This document shows positions 36,108 to 36,726 of a stretch of DNA of 36,726 nucleotides, one piece after another. Source of the DNA: Thermoplasmata archaeon (lineage in GTDB: Archaea > Thermoplasmatota > Thermoplasmata > Halarchaeoplasmatales > Halarchaeoplasmataceae); NCBI GenBank assembly GCA_007129655.1, contig SKVC01000091.1:1-36726 (forward strand), given 5' to 3'. How positions within the stretch are numbered: the first letter of the stretch is position 1; every line of letters starts with the position of its first letter. Below the pieces are notes generated by a model. The model had not been told where the DNA came from, did no database searches, and saw only the letters and a program-made list of their open reading frames with translations. The position numbers and the translations under genes were made by a program.

Positions 36108-36715
36108 AGTAATATCTCCGCCAGACCGTGGCATATGGATTTAAGGGAGGACATATGCACTTCTTCGCCGCTGGTAGCGGTAGCGTCTGCGATGAAAAAG
36201 GTGCGGTAATCGCGTATGAAGGCTTCCCTGCAACTGGTTTCACAGCATATGTCAGTCATCACTCCGGAGATGAAGATGTTCTCGATGTCGTCCAAATGCT
36301 CTTCCAGTTCCGTCCGATAAAAAGAAGAGTATGTCGGTTTTTTTATCAGTTCTCCCTTTACATCGATCCTTTCATCGAGTTCGGTCATGGGACCTTCTGT
36401 TATGATGGAGCTCCACCATTCCAGCATGGAGCCCTTTTCTTCCGGATCCTGTACCGTAGTCGTATAGAGTACCTTACCGCCTTTATCAACGAACAGCTTT
36501 ACTAGATAGTTTATGTTATCGATGATAGCTTCTGCAGCCGGCAGATATGCGTGGCTCTCGGGATCCAAAAAATATTTCTGCATATCGATAACGAGGAGTG
36601 CGCTTTTACCCGTATGAATATCGCCGGGCCATCGTTTGCAGAAGGGTAGTTCTTCCAACCAGCCGGCGGCTTTACGCTCGATATTTTCCGATGTCAGGTA
36701 GTTCGCTTTTTTCAT
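36074..36715 (-). CDS. Isochorismatase-family cysteine hydrolase
   Basis: ALLVIDMQKYF (Asp), KPTYSSF (Lys), GVMTDICCETS (Cys). TAG immediately before the ATG suggests the operon continues beyond the window. Confidence 0.9.
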   Translation of the reverse strand: MKKANYLTSENIERKAAGWLEELPFCKRWPGDIHTGKSALLVIDMQKYFLDPESHAYLPAAEAIIDNINYLVKLFVDKGGKVLYTTTVQDPEEKGSMLEWWSSIITEGPMTELDERIDVKGELIKKPTYSSFYRTELEEHLDDIENIFISGVMTDICCETSCREAFIRDYRTFFIADATATSGEEVHMSSLKSICHGLAEILLCKNVEQRLRS

Positions 36716-36726
36716 CTATATGGATA

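Overview
Gene-dense archaeal chromosomal segment with about 37 CDS. I found no rRNA, tRNA, CRISPR array or transposase. Archaeal markers are TFB with Gar1, Hef, TrmG10, a beta-CASP RNase, archaeal-type LeuRS and TpiA, a FlaK/PibD-type prepilin peptidase, and BRE+TATA promoters about 27-34 nt upstream of many apparently leaderless start codons. Gene content and very acidic secreted proteins suggest a salt-adapted member of Thermoplasmatota (inference). Most of the window is housekeeping. Points worth a second look: (1) an orphan family-5 solute-binding protein with a ~90-aa insert, Ig-like modules and a TM anchor, whose acidic-repeat/SHOCT-like tail is cut off by one in-frame TAA; (2) a CBS plus HPF/RaiA-like protein resembling archaeal ribosome hibernation factors; (3) a membrane prenol-kinase-like gene coupled to an atypical thymidylate-kinase-like gene, a candidate two-step prenol salvage pathway; (4) a site-2 protease with a sequon-rich Ig-like ectodomain, divergent from two pilin-like genes; (5) a probable CTG-initiated zinc-finger gene; (6) a stand-alone CdrS-like RHH gene; (7) two adjacent perfect inverted repeats at 34.34-34.42 kb; (8) an apparent GC step near 29 kb. 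All functional calls come from motif recognition by eye; no database searches were run.
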